From assembly GCF_963921235.1 (NCBI RefSeq), contig NC_086108.1, positions 1,922,001 through 1,986,000 of the forward strand: DNA of 64,000 bases. Direction: 5' to 3'. This document shows positions 63,207-64,000 of the stretch, piece after piece (the stretch's first letter is position 1; each line of letters begins with the position of its first letter). Source of the stretch: Mobula hypostoma. Taxonomy: Eukaryota. The notes beneath the pieces are model-generated. The model made no database searches, was not told the origin of the DNA, and saw only the letters and a program-made list of their open reading frames with translations. The translations under genes were made by a program, and so were the position numbers.

Positions 63207-63257
63207 GTGCCTTTGGATTACGATGACCTTCAGATAGGAGGCCACTCTCTCCACTGA
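63207..63257 (+). CDS. NFKBIA: NFKBIA-like exon 6 (C-terminus, stop)
   Basis: TTTTACAG acceptor; VPLDYDDLQIGGHSLH*, matching the IkBa YDD..GG tail. Spliced CDS 972 nt = 323 aa, with all phases consistent. Confidence 0.88.
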   Translation: MPLDYDDLQIGGHSLH

Positions 63258-64000
63258 ACAATATCGTGGACCTTCTCAGCCCAACTCTGATAGCGATCGT
63301 GTCATCAAAGTGGAACCACCAGCAGACACCGTACTTTCCAGGCTCGATCACAGACCCTCCCGCTCTTCCTTTGAGTGTGAGAGAGAGAGAGAGAGAGACT
63401 CGACAGACTCACGTTCAAGCACAGCAGGTCGTTCCCTCCTGTCAGTGGGGCTCAGGGTGTGGAGTGAGGTTGGCTGAAACTGACGAGGGGCTGAATGGAC
63501 ACGCGTGCAGAAAGCTGGCAGGCAAGGACAACCCAGCCAGTTCCCCAAGCTTGTCACTTGAAGCTGTCTTTCTCCACCTACTCAACCCTTCAACAGCAGC
63601 TCATTCTGCACCTTTGCTGGACATTGGATATGTATGAACTGACAAGCGGGATTTTGGGTGGGAATGCAGAACTCCTTCTCCCCAGCCCTCCTACCTTGAA
63701 CCCTTGTGTTATCAGGCACGTGGGTAGTCTACCCAGGCTGAGAGTTGTCAGGTCCAAGCCGCAATGGTGGACGTTCATTGGGATTTGGATTGGTCTCACC
63801 TTGGCCAGCATCTCTTCTGGAAGTGTAGATGGAAGTCTACAAGGAAGTGAGGGACTCAGCGATCTAGTTCTGCTGCACCTTGGGCCTGGGCGGTACACTG
63901 CCTTCACATGTTATGCAGAGAAGCCACAGAGGACCAGTGGTGGATGGGGGTCCAGGGCTCCCCCGCATTTCTCCTGTGCCCCTGATCCTGGTGTGCTGGG

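Noticed and set aside
63266..63907. ORFs downstream of the IkB stop
   Set aside because: No recognisable domain; most simply 3' UTR.

Overview
Eukaryotic (vertebrate) genomic DNA. The repeat families (HE1/V-SINE-like SINEs, CR1/HER1-like LINEs, abundant Penelope-derived elements) suggest a cartilaginous fish, probably a ray; this is an inference. Roughly the first 49 kb is a dense, nested transposon landscape: several CR1 LINEs (one with a near-intact ORF2, one near full length that hosts a full-length Nimb/I-type LINE), Rex1/Babar fragments, a solo LTR, a Chapaev-like transposase fragment, hAT MITEs, minisatellites and Penelope-like elements (PLEs). The only clear host gene is a six-exon IkB-alpha-like gene (NFKBIA-like, + strand, CDS 50169-63257, 323 aa) with a DSGIDS degron, an NES, six ankyrin repeats and an acidic tail. 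It has kappaB-like sites in the promoter and intron 1. The most striking non-genic signal is a family of fold-back (inverted-repeat) PLE insertions of 241 bp, 263 bp and 2.56 kb. Each is flanked by a 14-bp target-site duplication and carries minimal hammerhead-ribozyme motifs. A second PLE family carries a different hammerhead with the same architecture. Boundaries of old repeats are approximate.
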